From: Elusimicrobiota bacterium
GTDB taxonomy: Bacteria > Elusimicrobiota > Elusimicrobia > UBA1565 > UBA9628
Length of the DNA stretch: 64,000 nucleotides
NCBI GenBank assembly: GCA_030696455.1
Contig: JAUYSH010000120.1
Span: 42,317 to 106,316 of the forward strand
Direction of reading: 5' to 3'
The notes below the pieces were generated by a model. The model was not told where the DNA came from. It was given only the letters and a program-made list of their open reading frames with translations, and ran no database searches. Shown here one piece after another: positions 55,798 through 64,000 of this stretch; the first letter of the stretch is position 1, and every line of letters starts with the position of its first letter. The position numbers were made by a program, and so were the translations under genes.

Positions 55798-56244
55798 TCA
55801 CGGCGTCCCGACACCGACGGCGAACCCGTAGACGAGCTCCGCGCCGTGCAAGGCCGTCGAGATGAGCAGGCCGAGCCCGAGAACCCACAGCAAGGCCTGG
55901 GCGACGCGGACTTTCCCCTCGTCGCGCCCGTTCTTCACCGCGAACAGCCTCAGGCACGACAGCGCGCTGAAGACGGCGCAGGTCCACCACGCGAACTCCT
56001 CATGCTCGGCCTGGACCTCCCAGGCCAGCGCCCTGTGAGGCGCCGTCTTCTCCGCGAGAAGCCCCAGGCCGAGCGTCGCCCAGGCGGACAGCGTCCCCAG
56101 CCAAAGAAGCCATGATTCGGCCTTCGCCAGCCACTCCGGCGCGGCCTTGCGCAGCCGCAGCCCGGCGGCCGCCGCTCCCGCGATCAGGAACGCGATCGGG
56201 AAGTGGACGGCCGCCGGATGCAGATGGTAGAGCTTGAACTCCAC
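55798..56244 (-). CDS. DUF2231-family membrane protein
   Basis: LHPAAVHFPIA, H in mid-loop, GAELVY..AVGV. Confidence 0.85.
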   Translation of the reverse strand: MEFKLYHLHPAAVHFPIAFLIAGAAAAGLRLRKAAPEWLAKAESWLLWLGTLSAWATLGLGLLAEKTAPHRALAWEVQAEHEEFAWWTCAVFSALSCLRLFAVKNGRDEGKVRVAQALLWVLGLGLLISTALHGAELVYGFAVGVGTP

Positions 56245-56631
56245 CTACTGCTTCTCCGCCGACTTCACGATGACGGCCGTCAAGCCGCCGCGCGTGTAGA
56301 CCATGCCGGAGATCTTCGCGTTGGCGCCCGCGAGCGCCTTGGCCTCGAGGTAGGGCTTCTCGTTCTCATGGTCGCCCACGACGAGGTAGACCTTGCCTTC
56401 CTTCGTCAGCAGGCCGATGGGGGCCCCGCCCGCCACGCAGGCGGCGGCGCACTTCGCGTGCTTCTTGCCCTTGCCCTCGTGGGCCATGTAGCAGCCCATG
56501 TCGAGAATCTCTCCCGAGATCGTCTCGGACTTTCCCTTCGGATCCAGATGCGAATGCGCGCCCGCGGCCCAGGCGCTTGCGGCGACGGCGGCTACGATGA
56601 CCGCGGCGCTGATCAGCTTTCTCATGTTCAT
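56245..56631 (-). CDS. Exported Cys/His-containing hypothetical protein (probable metal binding)
   Basis: Signal peptide; GEILDMGCY..HAKCAAACVAGGAPIGLL; SD AAGGAG. Confidence 0.8.
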   Translation of the reverse strand: MNMRKLISAAVIVAAVAASAWAAGAHSHLDPKGKSETISGEILDMGCYMAHEGKGKKHAKCAAACVAGGAPIGLLTKEGKVYLVVGDHENEKPYLEAKALAGANAKISGMVYTRGGLTAVIVKSAEKQ

Positions 56632-56669
56632 TCTCCTTTTCTATTTTTTGAGCGGCTATTCTCTTGATT

Positions 56670-56840
56670 TCAGTGCCGATGGCGGCCTGAATCGGGCTCC
56701 GTTCCTTGGACCGGCGACGATGAGACGGCGACGGGCGCCTGCGCGGACTTCTCCGCGTGCTTCTTATGGGCGCCCTTCATTCCCAGCATCATGCCGCCCA
56801 TCATGACGACCATCAATGCGATTCCTGCTGCTGTGAGCAT
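56670..56840 (-). CDS. 56-aa Met/His-rich membrane-anchored peptide (not in ORF track)
   Basis: SD GGAGG, then MLTAAGIALMVVMMGGMMLGMKGAHKKHAEKSAQAPVAVSSSPVQGTEPDSGRHRH*. Confidence 0.7.
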   Translation of the reverse strand: MLTAAGIALMVVMMGGMMLGMKGAHKKHAEKSAQAPVAVSSSPVQGTEPDSGRHRH

Positions 56841-56863
56841 ATGCCTCCATTTTCACCGACGTC

Positions 56864-57123
56864 TTAATGCTGATGCGCGCCATGGCCGTGATGCTCGCCG
56901 TCGTCCTTGGCCCGAGCGGCTTCGATCAGCTTGTTCTTGTTTTCGAGCTGCTTCTTGAGCTTGCCTCGAGCTTCTTGCGCTTGGCGGGCTTGAGGTCCGT
57001 CCTCTCCAACTCGGCGTCGAGCGCGTCGATCTTTTCCTGGAGCGACGAGGCGGCCTTCGTCTTCTTGTCCCGCGCTTCCTTGGCCCGCGCCTCTGCTTCC
57101 TCCTTGTCATTTGCGGCGGACTT
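56864..57123 (-). pseudogene. Start-less, frameshifted remnant of a coiled-coil protein with His-rich tail
   Basis: KSAANDKEEAEARAKEARDKK...KRKKLE, then 1 nt missing near 56963, then KLKKQLENKNKLIEAARAKDDGEHHGHGAHQH*; host-like codon usage. Confidence 0.65.
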
Positions 57124-60100
57124 AGTGCTGCATGACCTGCAGATCGTCGGGGTTCGGCACGACGGTCCCCTTCTTCATGTCGCCGTGCCACTTCCAGAGC
57201 AGGAAGAGCGGAGGGAACACGAGCAGCTCCATCGTGAAGCTCGTCATCAGGCCGAAGAAGATCGGCGCCGAGATGCGCTTCATCACGTCCGCCCCGGTGC
57301 CGATCGACCACATGATCGGCAGCAGGCCCAGCATCGTCGTGCAGACGGTCATCATCTTGGGACGGATGCGCTTGACCGCGCCGTGGACGACGGCCTCCAC
57401 GAGGTCCTTGAAGGTTCTCATTTTCCCCTCCTTGACCGCCTGCCCGTAGGAGAGGTCGAGGTAGAGCAGCATGAACACGCCCATCTCCGCGTCGAGGCCC
57501 ATCAGCGCGATCATGCCGACCCACGCCGCGATGGAGAGGTTGTAGTCGAGGAGGTAGAAGCCCCACACCGCGCCGATCAAGGAGAAAGGCACGGCCAGCA
57601 TCACGATCGCGGTCTTGACCCAGGACTTCGTGTTGGCGTAGAGGAGGAGGATGATGAGCACGACGGTCAAGGGCAGCACGAGCTTGAGGCGCTCGCGCAC
57701 GCGGGCCATGTTCTCGTATTGGCCGCTCCACTGCAGGGCGTAGCCCGTGGGGAGCTTCACCGCGTGGGCGACCTTCTTCTTGGCCTCGACGACGTAGCTG
57801 CCGATGTCGCGGCCCGCCACGTCGACGTAGACGTAGCCCGCCAGCATCCCGTTCTCGTTGCGGATCATGGACGGCCCGAGCGTCAGCTCGATGTCGGCCA
57901 GCTGGGCGAGCGGGATCTGCGCCCCGTCCATCGTCGACACCAGCACGCGCCGCAGCTTGGGGAGGTTGTCGCGCAGCTCGCGCGGGTAGCGCACGTTGAC
58001 CGAGTAGCGCGCCCGCCCGTCGATGATCGTCGTCACGTTCTCGCCGCCGATGGCCGACATGATGACCATCTCGACCTCCTTGACGCTGAGGCCGTAGCGC
58101 GCGAGCTGGTCGCGCTTGAGCGTGAAGTCGACGAAGTAGCCGCCGGCGGTGCGCTCGGCGAAGACGGAGCGGGTGCCCGGGATGTTCCGCAAAACCGCCT
58201 CGAGCTCCGCGCCGACCTCCTCGATGGTCTTGAGGTCCGCGCCGAAGACCTTGATGCCGATGGGGGTGCGCACGCCGGTGGTGAGCATGTCGATGCGGCC
58301 CTTGATCGGCATCGTCCACGCGTTCGTGGCGCCGGGGAAGCGCATCTTGGAGTCCATCTCGGCGACGAGCTCGTCCCAGGTCAGGCGGTCCCACCAGATA
58401 TGGCGCAGGGGCTTCTGCAGCAATTCGGGCAGCCAGGAGGAGTACCAGCGCTCCTTCTTGCGCCACTCCTCCTTGGGCTTGAGGACGACGGTCGTCTCCA
58501 TCATGGAGAAGGGCGCGGGGTCGGTCGAGGACTCCATGCGGCCCGCCTTGCCGAAGACGCTCTCCACCTCGGGAAAGCTCTTGAGCACGCGGTCCTGCGC
58601 CTCGAGCAGCTTCGAGGCCTCGGTCACGGATATGCCGGGCAAGGTCGTCGGCATGTAGAGCATCGTGCCCTCGTTGAGCGGGGGCATGAACTCCGAGCCG
58701 AGCCTCATATAGACCGGGATCGTGGTGAGCACGACCAAGGCGGCCGTCGCGATGACCTTCCAAGGATGCTCGAGCGTCCAGCGGCAGGCCGGGTCGTAGA
58801 CCGCGTAGAGGCGGCGGCTGACCGGGTGCTTCTCCTCGGGATAGTAGCGCCCGACGGTGACCGTGTTGTAGAGGGAGGCGAGCAAAGCGGGCTTGAACGT
58901 CGCGTAGTCCATGCGCGAGAAGAGCATGCGCACCGCCGGGTCGAGCGTGACCGCGAGGAAGGCGGCCACGAACATGGTCAGGTTCTTGGTGTAGGCCAGG
59001 GGCTTGAAGAGGCGGCCCTCCTGGTCGAGAAGGGTGAAGATGGGCAGGAAGGCGACGGCGATGACGAGCAGGGAATAGAACACCGACGGTCCGACCTCCT
59101 GCATCGCCTCGAGGCGCACCTGGTGGAAATCCCCCTTGCGCCCGCCCGCGTCCCAGAGCTGCAGCTTTTTATAGGCGTTCTCGACCTCGATGATGGCGCC
59201 GTCGACCAGGACGCCGATGGAGATCGCGATGCCCGAGATCGACATGATGTTGGCGCTCACACCCATGAAGTACATCGGGATGAACGCGAGCAGGACCGCG
59301 ACCGGGATGGTGACGATGGGGACGACCGCCGAGGGGATGTGCCAGAGGAAGACCAGGATCACGAGGCTCACGATGCAGAGCTGAAGGAAGAGCTCGTGCT
59401 TGAGCGTGCCGATAGCGCCCTCGATGAGCTCGGAGCGGTCGTAGGTCTGGCGCAGCTCGACGCCCTCGGGCAAGGACGGCTTGATCTCCTCGAGGCGGGC
59501 CTTGACGCGCTCGATGACCTTGAGGGCATTTTCGCCGTGACGCATGACGACGGTGCCGCCGACGGCGTCGCCCTCGCCGTCGAGGTCGAGCACGCCGCGG
59601 CGGATGTCGGGGCCGAGCGTCACCTTGGCCACGCTCTTGACGAGTATGGGCGTGCCCTTCGCGTCGCGCCCGACGACGATCTTCTCGAGGTCCTCGACCG
59701 ATCTGGCGTAGCCGCGCCCGCGGATCATGTACTCGGCGCCGCCGAACTCCACGAGGCGGCCGCCCACGTCGTTGTTGCCGTCGCGGATCGCGTCGACCAC
59801 CTTCGAGAGCGGGACGCGGTACGCGGACAGCGCGTTGGGATCGACCTGCACCTGATACTGCTTCTGGAAGCCGCCGATGGAGGCGACCTCGGCCACGCCG
59901 GGAACGGACTGGAGGTAGTAGCGCAAGGTCCAGTCCTGGAAGGAGCGCAGATCGGCCAGGCTGTGGCGGCCGGTCTTGTCGACGAGCGCGTACTGATAGA
60001 TCCAGCCGACGCCGGTCGCGTCGGGGCCGAGCTCGGTGCGCACCCCCTCGGGCATCTGGGGCAGGATCTTGCTCAGGTACTCGAGCACGCGGGAGCGCGC

Positions 60101-60412
60101 CCAGTAGATGTCGGTCCCGTCCTCGAAGATGACGTAGACATAGGAGAAGCCGAAGTCGGAGTAGCCGCGCACCGCCTTCACCTTCGGCGCGCCGAGGAGC
60201 GCGGTGACGATGGGGTAGGTGACCTGGTCCTCGAGGATGTCGGGGGAGCGGTCCCAGCGGGAGTAGACGATGACCTGGGTGTCGGAGAGGTCCGGGATGG
60301 CGTCGAGGCTGATGTTCTTGACGCAGTACCAGGAGCCGGCCAAGGCGACCGCGGTCAGAATGATGACCAGGAACTTGTTGTGGACCGACCAACTGATGAG
60401 TTTTTTGATCAT
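57122..60412 (-). CDS. cusA: CusA/CzcA heavy-metal efflux RND permease
   Basis: LDAIPDLSDTQVIV, LGPDATGVGWIYQY, GSEFMPPLNEG.LYMP, PFSMMET, RIRPKMMT. Confidence 0.97.
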   Translation of the reverse strand: MIKKLISWSVHNKFLVIILTAVALAGSWYCVKNISLDAIPDLSDTQVIVYSRWDRSPDILEDQVTYPIVTALLGAPKVKAVRGYSDFGFSYVYVIFEDGTDIYWARSRVLEYLSKILPQMPEGVRTELGPDATGVGWIYQYALVDKTGRHSLADLRSFQDWTLRYYLQSVPGVAEVASIGGFQKQYQVQVDPNALSAYRVPLSKVVDAIRDGNNDVGGRLVEFGGAEYMIRGRGYARSVEDLEKIVVGRDAKGTPILVKSVAKVTLGPDIRRGVLDLDGEGDAVGGTVVMRHGENALKVIERVKARLEEIKPSLPEGVELRQTYDRSELIEGAIGTLKHELFLQLCIVSLVILVFLWHIPSAVVPIVTIPVAVLLAFIPMYFMGVSANIMSISGIAISIGVLVDGAIIEVENAYKKLQLWDAGGRKGDFHQVRLEAMQEVGPSVFYSLLVIAVAFLPIFTLLDQEGRLFKPLAYTKNLTMFVAAFLAVTLDPAVRMLFSRMDYATFKPALLASLYNTVTVGRYYPEEKHPVSRRLYAVYDPACRWTLEHPWKVIATAALVVLTTIPVYMRLGSEFMPPLNEGTMLYMPTTLPGISVTEASKLLEAQDRVLKSFPEVESVFGKAGRMESSTDPAPFSMMETTVVLKPKEEWRKKERWYSSWLPELLQKPLRHIWWDRLTWDELVAEMDSKMRFPGATNAWTMPIKGRIDMLTTGVRTPIGIKVFGADLKTIEEVGAELEAVLRNIPGTRSVFAERTAGGYFVDFTLKRDQLARYGLSVKEVEMVIMSAIGGENVTTIIDGRARYSVNVRYPRELRDNLPKLRRVLVSTMDGAQIPLAQLADIELTLGPSMIRNENGMLAGYVYVDVAGRDIGSYVVEAKKKVAHAVKLPTGYALQWSGQYENMARVRERLKLVLPLTVVLIILLLYANTKSWVKTAIVMLAVPFSLIGAVWGFYLLDYNLSIAAWVGMIALMGLDAEMGVFMLLYLDLSYGQAVKEGKMRTFKDLVEAVVHGAVKRIRPKMMTVCTTMLGLLPIMWSIGTGADVMKRISAPIFFGLMTSFTMELLVFPPLFLLWKWHGDMKKGTVVPNPDDLQVMQH

Positions 60413-60419
60413 GAAGGGC

Positions 60420-61475
60420 TCAGTGATGCTCCTTGGCGGGCGCGGCCAGCGATTTGAGCTTCGACTCGGAGTCGATGAGGAAGTTCGCCGACGTCACCAC
60501 GCTCTCCCCCTCCTTCACGCCCGACAGGAGCTCGTAATAGCCGTCGGCCTCGCCGCCGACGCGGACCTCACGGGGCTCGAGACGGCCTTCCCCCAGGTCG
60601 ACGAAGACGAGCTTGCGCTCGCCGCTGTCGAGGAGAGCGCTCTCGGGCAAGGCGAGTGCTACGCCAAGGTCGACCTTGATCGCGGCGTTGACGAACATCT
60701 CGAGCTTGAGCAGTCCCCCGGGATTGGGCACCTCGATGCGCACCCTGAGGGAACGGGTCTCGGGCGAGATGTTCGGGTCGATGGTCTTCACCTTGCCGCG
60801 GAAGGTCCGGCCCGGGTAGGCGGGTGTGGTGATCTCCGCGGCGAGGCCGGGGCGGACCTTGGAGATCTCGTACTCGTAGATCTGCGCGTACACCCACACC
60901 GTCCCGCCGTCGCCGGCGAGGAGAAGGTTCTCGGGCACCTCCTCCTCCCCCGTGAAGGCCTCGATCGAGGACTCGGCGAGCCCGAGCTGACGCAGACGCA
61001 GGGCCGAGGCGCGCACCAGCGCGTCGGCCCGCTCGAGGGCGTCGGGCCAGGGGCTGTCCTTGACCTTCTCGCGCGCGACCATGGCGGAGTGATGCTCGGC
61101 GATGGCGTTGTAGAGGTCGGGATCGTACGCCACGCTGCCGGAGGCGCGCACGGTGAACGTGAGGCGCCGCTTTCCGAGCTTTTCGGTTTTCATTCCGATG
61201 AGCGAGCGCTTCTGCTCGGAGACGACGGCGGACGCCTGGCCGGCGACGCCCGTGTCCTCTCCGGCGGCGGGCTCCCGCAGGACGAGGTCCATCCCGCAGA
61301 TCGGGCACTCCCCCGGCTTGTCCGAGGTGATGGCCGGATGCATCGGGCAATGGTAGACCCCGGCCTGATGGGCCTCGTGCGGCGCATGGCCGCGGTGATA
61401 GAGGAAGTAGGAGCCGAAGGCCGCCGCGCCGGCGGCGAGGAGCGCGATCAAGACGTATTTTCTGTTCATGGTCAT
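60420..61475 (-). CDS. cusB: CusB-like RND periplasmic adaptor with heavy-metal-binding domain
   Basis: YHCPMHP..CPICGMDL, VWVYAQIYE, ANFLIDSES; SD GAGGA. Confidence 0.92.
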   Translation of the reverse strand: MTMNRKYVLIALLAAGAAAFGSYFLYHRGHAPHEAHQAGVYHCPMHPAITSDKPGECPICGMDLVLREPAAGEDTGVAGQASAVVSEQKRSLIGMKTEKLGKRRLTFTVRASGSVAYDPDLYNAIAEHHSAMVAREKVKDSPWPDALERADALVRASALRLRQLGLAESSIEAFTGEEEVPENLLLAGDGGTVWVYAQIYEYEISKVRPGLAAEITTPAYPGRTFRGKVKTIDPNISPETRSLRVRIEVPNPGGLLKLEMFVNAAIKVDLGVALALPESALLDSGERKLVFVDLGEGRLEPREVRVGGEADGYYELLSGVKEGESVVTSANFLIDSESKLKSLAAPAKEHH

Positions 61476-61479
61476 ATCC

Positions 61480-62709
61480 TCAGGGAACCGTCTCGCGTCC
61501 GACGGCCCGCGACAAAGCCGCCAGCGCCCTCTCGAGATCCGCGTCGTGCCGCACCGACTCCAGGCGCGCGGTGATCAAGGATCGTCCCGCGTCGAGCAGG
61601 TCGAGGAAACCGGCCCGGTCCGACTGGTAGGCCGCCTCCGCCGAGCGCAGGGCCGACTCCGCCTGGGGGATCACCGTCGTGCGATAAGCCTCGCGCAGGC
61701 GGCTCTCGGTCAGGACGGAGGCGTGCGCCCCGCGCAGCGCGGCGAGCAGGTCGAGCTTCTCGCCGTCGCGCAGGGCCTCGGCGTAGCGGGCCTCGTAGCC
61801 GGCGTGCGACGCCGTCCCGGCCTGCTTCCAGAACCACACGGGCAGGGACAGGCCCAAAGACGCGTCGTGGGAGCGCATGCCGTTCTCGGCGCGCCGGCGG
61901 TAGCGCAGGGTCACGTCGGGCAGCCACTCGGAGCGCTTCATGCCCAGCTCGGCGCGGGCCTTGCCGGCCTCCCCGGCGGCGGCGGCGAGGCCGGGGTTCT
62001 CGGCGAGCGCGAGCGCGCGCAGCTCGGTCCAGGAGGCCGAGGGCGGCGCGGACGCCGGCGGCGCCAGGGCGGGCAGCGGGGCGTCCTCCTCGCGACCCAT
62101 CGCGGCGTTGAGCGCGGCGCGCGCGCCCGCGACGGCGGCCGAGGCGAGCGCCTTCTCGTTGAGCATGCGCGTCAGTTCCAGCTGGGCCTTCAGCGCGTCG
62201 GTCTGCGTCCCCTTGCCCGCGGCGTATTTGGCTTCGGCGACGCGCGAGAACCGGCGGAGCAGGTCGACGATCTCGTCGAGGAAGATCAGCGACCTCTCGG
62301 CCTCGTAGAGGTCCGCGTAGGCCTCCCGCGCCCGCGCCGAGGCCTCGACGACGGCCCGCCGGTGCAGCGCGGCGGCCGCGTCGGCCTCGAAGGAGGCGGC
62401 GCGGCCGCGGTAGAACAGCGCCGTCGGGAAGGGGAGCTGCTGGCTCACCGACCAGGTCCTCTCCGGTCCGGCGAGCGGGCTTCCCCCGATCGGAGCGCGC
62501 ATCCGCTCGAGCTCGAGCATGGGCTTCTCCGGCGTGGCCTCGCTCTTGACGAGCGCGCGCTCCGCGTCGCGATGCATCGCGGCGGCGCGCACGGACGGCG
62601 CGTCGCGGCGAGCCGCCTCGAGCACGGCGGGCAAGGTCAGGTCGGGCGCCTGGGCGCGTGACGGGACGGCGGTCCAGCACAGAAAGACGGCTGACAAGAA
62701 TCGAAGCAC
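61480..62709 (-). CDS. TolC/CusC-family outer membrane efflux protein
   Basis: Signal peptide; VSQQLPFP, YAAGKGTQTDALKAQLE, LSLPVW, FLDLLDA. Confidence 0.9.
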   Translation of the reverse strand: MLRFLSAVFLCWTAVPSRAQAPDLTLPAVLEAARRDAPSVRAAAMHRDAERALVKSEATPEKPMLELERMRAPIGGSPLAGPERTWSVSQQLPFPTALFYRGRAASFEADAAAALHRRAVVEASARAREAYADLYEAERSLIFLDEIVDLLRRFSRVAEAKYAAGKGTQTDALKAQLELTRMLNEKALASAAVAGARAALNAAMGREEDAPLPALAPPASAPPSASWTELRALALAENPGLAAAAGEAGKARAELGMKRSEWLPDVTLRYRRRAENGMRSHDASLGLSLPVWFWKQAGTASHAGYEARYAEALRDGEKLDLLAALRGAHASVLTESRLREAYRTTVIPQAESALRSAEAAYQSDRAGFLDLLDAGRSLITARLESVRHDADLERALAALSRAVGRETVP

Positions 62710-62769
62710 GGTTCCTCCGGGAATGACGGCTTACGGCGTCGCCCATAAGACGCGGGCGAGCGGCGGACC

Positions 62770-63123
62770 TTACAGCCCGGAGGAAGGAGGCGACAGCCCG
62801 GAGTGCGTCCCGGGAGGCGCCTGCGGCGCCGAGGCGACGATGCGCGCGGGCGCGAAGCGGACCGCGGCGGGCGCCGCGGCGACGAAAACGGCGGAAGACG
62901 GCAGCGCCGGGGCGGGAGCGGCGACGGAAACGGCGGCGGGCAAAGGCGGGGCGTCGGCCGGGCGGCAGCAGGCCGGCGCGCTATCAGAAGGGGCGGAGGC
63001 CGGGGCTTTCCCGCCGGGGCAGCAGGCGTGGCTCGGCGCGGCGGCCTCGGCGCACAGAGGAGCCGCCCAGGAGAAGGACAGGGCCGCCGCGAACAGCAAT
63101 CCGAACGCCTTGCGAGTCATCAT
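62770..63123 (-). CDS. Small exported Cys-rich protein heading the cus operon
   Basis: Signal peptide; HACC and ACC motifs; Ala/Pro-rich; SPP tail. Confidence 0.65.
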   Translation of the reverse strand: MMTRKAFGLLFAAALSFSWAAPLCAEAAAPSHACCPGGKAPASAPSDSAPACCRPADAPPLPAAVSVAAPAPALPSSAVFVAAAPAAVRFAPARIVASAPQAPPGTHSGLSPPSSGL

Positions 63124-63126
63124 CAA

Positions 63127-63155
63127 AGCATACCATGCAACGGAAATTCCCGCAA
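63127..63155 (-). promoter_or_regulatory. Promoter of the cus operon, apparently leaderless
   Basis: TTGCGG (63155-63150)-17-TATGCT (63132-63127) with TGn; ATG codons at 63123 and 63120. Confidence 0.6.
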
Positions 63156-63217
63156 GGCGCTATGGTCTCCAAGTTCACGGAGTTTTAGCGGTGAAGCAGC
63201 CGGTTCCCCCCTGGGTG

Positions 63218-64000
63218 CTACGGGCCGTCCTCGGGAGCCGGCTCGCTCAGGGGCGCTCCGTTGGCCTCGCGCCGGAAGGTGGAGACCGCCTCGTAGACGA
63301 CCTTCCGGGTCCGGTTGATATTGCCCAGCGGCCGATGGGCGGGCAACGCATGCCACGGCGTGAAGGCGAGGTCCTCGCACCAGCGGGCGTGCGCCTCGCC
63401 GGTGAATTCCTGCACGGGAATCGATACGGTCGCCACGGGCACGAACGGAGATTTCTCCTGGTCCCAGGGTATGCGCGAGTCCTCCACCGGCATCGTCTCC
63501 GGCTCGGAGCGCCGCTGCACCATGAACTGGAAGCAGGCGGGCGCGCCCTCCCGGATCTCCAGGGACTTCATCATCGCCAGGCGCAGGTAGTCCGGGGAAT
63601 CGGCGCGGCGGGCGCGAAGGCGCGCGGGCTCGCAGGGGCGGACGGCGTATTTGACCACGTTCCGCTCGCCGAGCTGATAGGGGGTCGCGCTGAAATACGG
63701 CGCCAGCAGGGGATTGTCGACCTCGCCGCCTCTTTTCACGATCTGGCGGGCGGCCCGGAACTCGGTCCAGCGCCAGGGCAGCCGCCCGAAGAAGAACCAG
63801 GCCGGGTTGGAGCCCCTCTCCAGCCTCTTGAAGAACTCGAGGTAATCCTTGCCGTCCTTGATGAAGAAGGCGTCGTGCGTGATCAGCAGGAAATCCTGGG
63901 TTTGGGCGTTCCGTTCGCTTTCAAGGAGCTTCTCGCCTTCGACTCCCATGAGCTTGATCGCCATGCCGCGGGCGTCGCTTTTCTTGTCGGAACGAATCTC
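63218..64000 (-). CDS. Catalase-like heme protein, 5'-partial
   Basis: DARGMAIKL, QDFLL, YFSATPY, PVED, LAFTPWH..HRPLGNINRTRKVVY; frame open to the window edge. Confidence 0.85.
   Translation of the reverse strand, partial: EIRSDKKSDARGMAIKLMGVEGEKLLESERNAQTQDFLLITHDAFFIKDGKDYLEFFKRLERGSNPAWFFFGRLPWRWTEFRAARQIVKRGGEVDNPLLAPYFSATPYQLGERNVVKYAVRPCEPARLRARRADSPDYLRLAMMKSLEIREGAPACFQFMVQRRSEPETMPVEDSRIPWDQEKSPFVPVATVSIPVQEFTGEAHARWCEDLAFTPWHALPAHRPLGNINRTRKVVYEAVSTFRREANGAPLSEPAPEDGP

Noticed and set aside
56853..57110. Arg-rich ORF MTRRKQRRGPRK after cusA
   Set aside because: Off-frame reading of the coiled-coil remnant; the other frames give a far more protein-like sequence.
56867..60457. 1196-aa plus-strand ORF and similar long antisense ORFs (e.g. 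2668-4014, 25369-27600, 30926-32710, 44484-46580)
   Set aside because: Shadow frames of well-supported genes in GC-rich DNA; no recognisable motifs.

Overview
High-GC bacterial chromosomal segment, densely coding (about 60 CDS). I recognised no rRNA, tRNA, CRISPR array or transposase. Gene content suggests a free-living Elusimicrobiota-like organism, but that is an impression rather than a result. Main blocks: (1) heme-copper oxidase operon coxBAC-subunit IV-two small ORFs-ctaA-ctaB-diheme cytochrome c (1420-7839); (2) two YyaL/DUF255 paralogues, a fluoride channel, a radical SAM enzyme and a HEAT protein; (3) DUF3015-DUF4105-alpha/beta hydrolase, YceI-FecR, APC permease, two L,D-transpeptidase-like genes and an RRM protein; (4) Xre-RES toxin-antitoxin pair, caspase-like lipoprotein, BCP-ferredoxin; (5) a candidate small-molecule signalling operon (HTH-REC regulator, ThDP enzyme, O-methyltransferase, orphan solute-binding protein, cupin, hybrid histidine kinase) divergent from an OmpR-type regulator (25861-35321); (6) ccsA-hemA-CbiX-like genes, then Rieske/cytochrome b/pentaheme cytochrome c, the last interrupted by an in-frame TAA; (7) a large modular HAD protein and a subtilase flanking an array of palindromes; (8) a copper-resistance region (CopA, CusCBA, small Met/His/Cys-rich proteins, a frameshifted gene remnant) interleaved with a type III PKS and a methyltransferase; and a partial catalase-like gene. 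Best leads: the synthase-plus-sensor operon, an A-type oxidase lacking the K-channel lysine, the split cytochrome c, many apparently leaderless genes, and two non-canonical start problems. All family calls come from motif recognition by eye, with no database searches.
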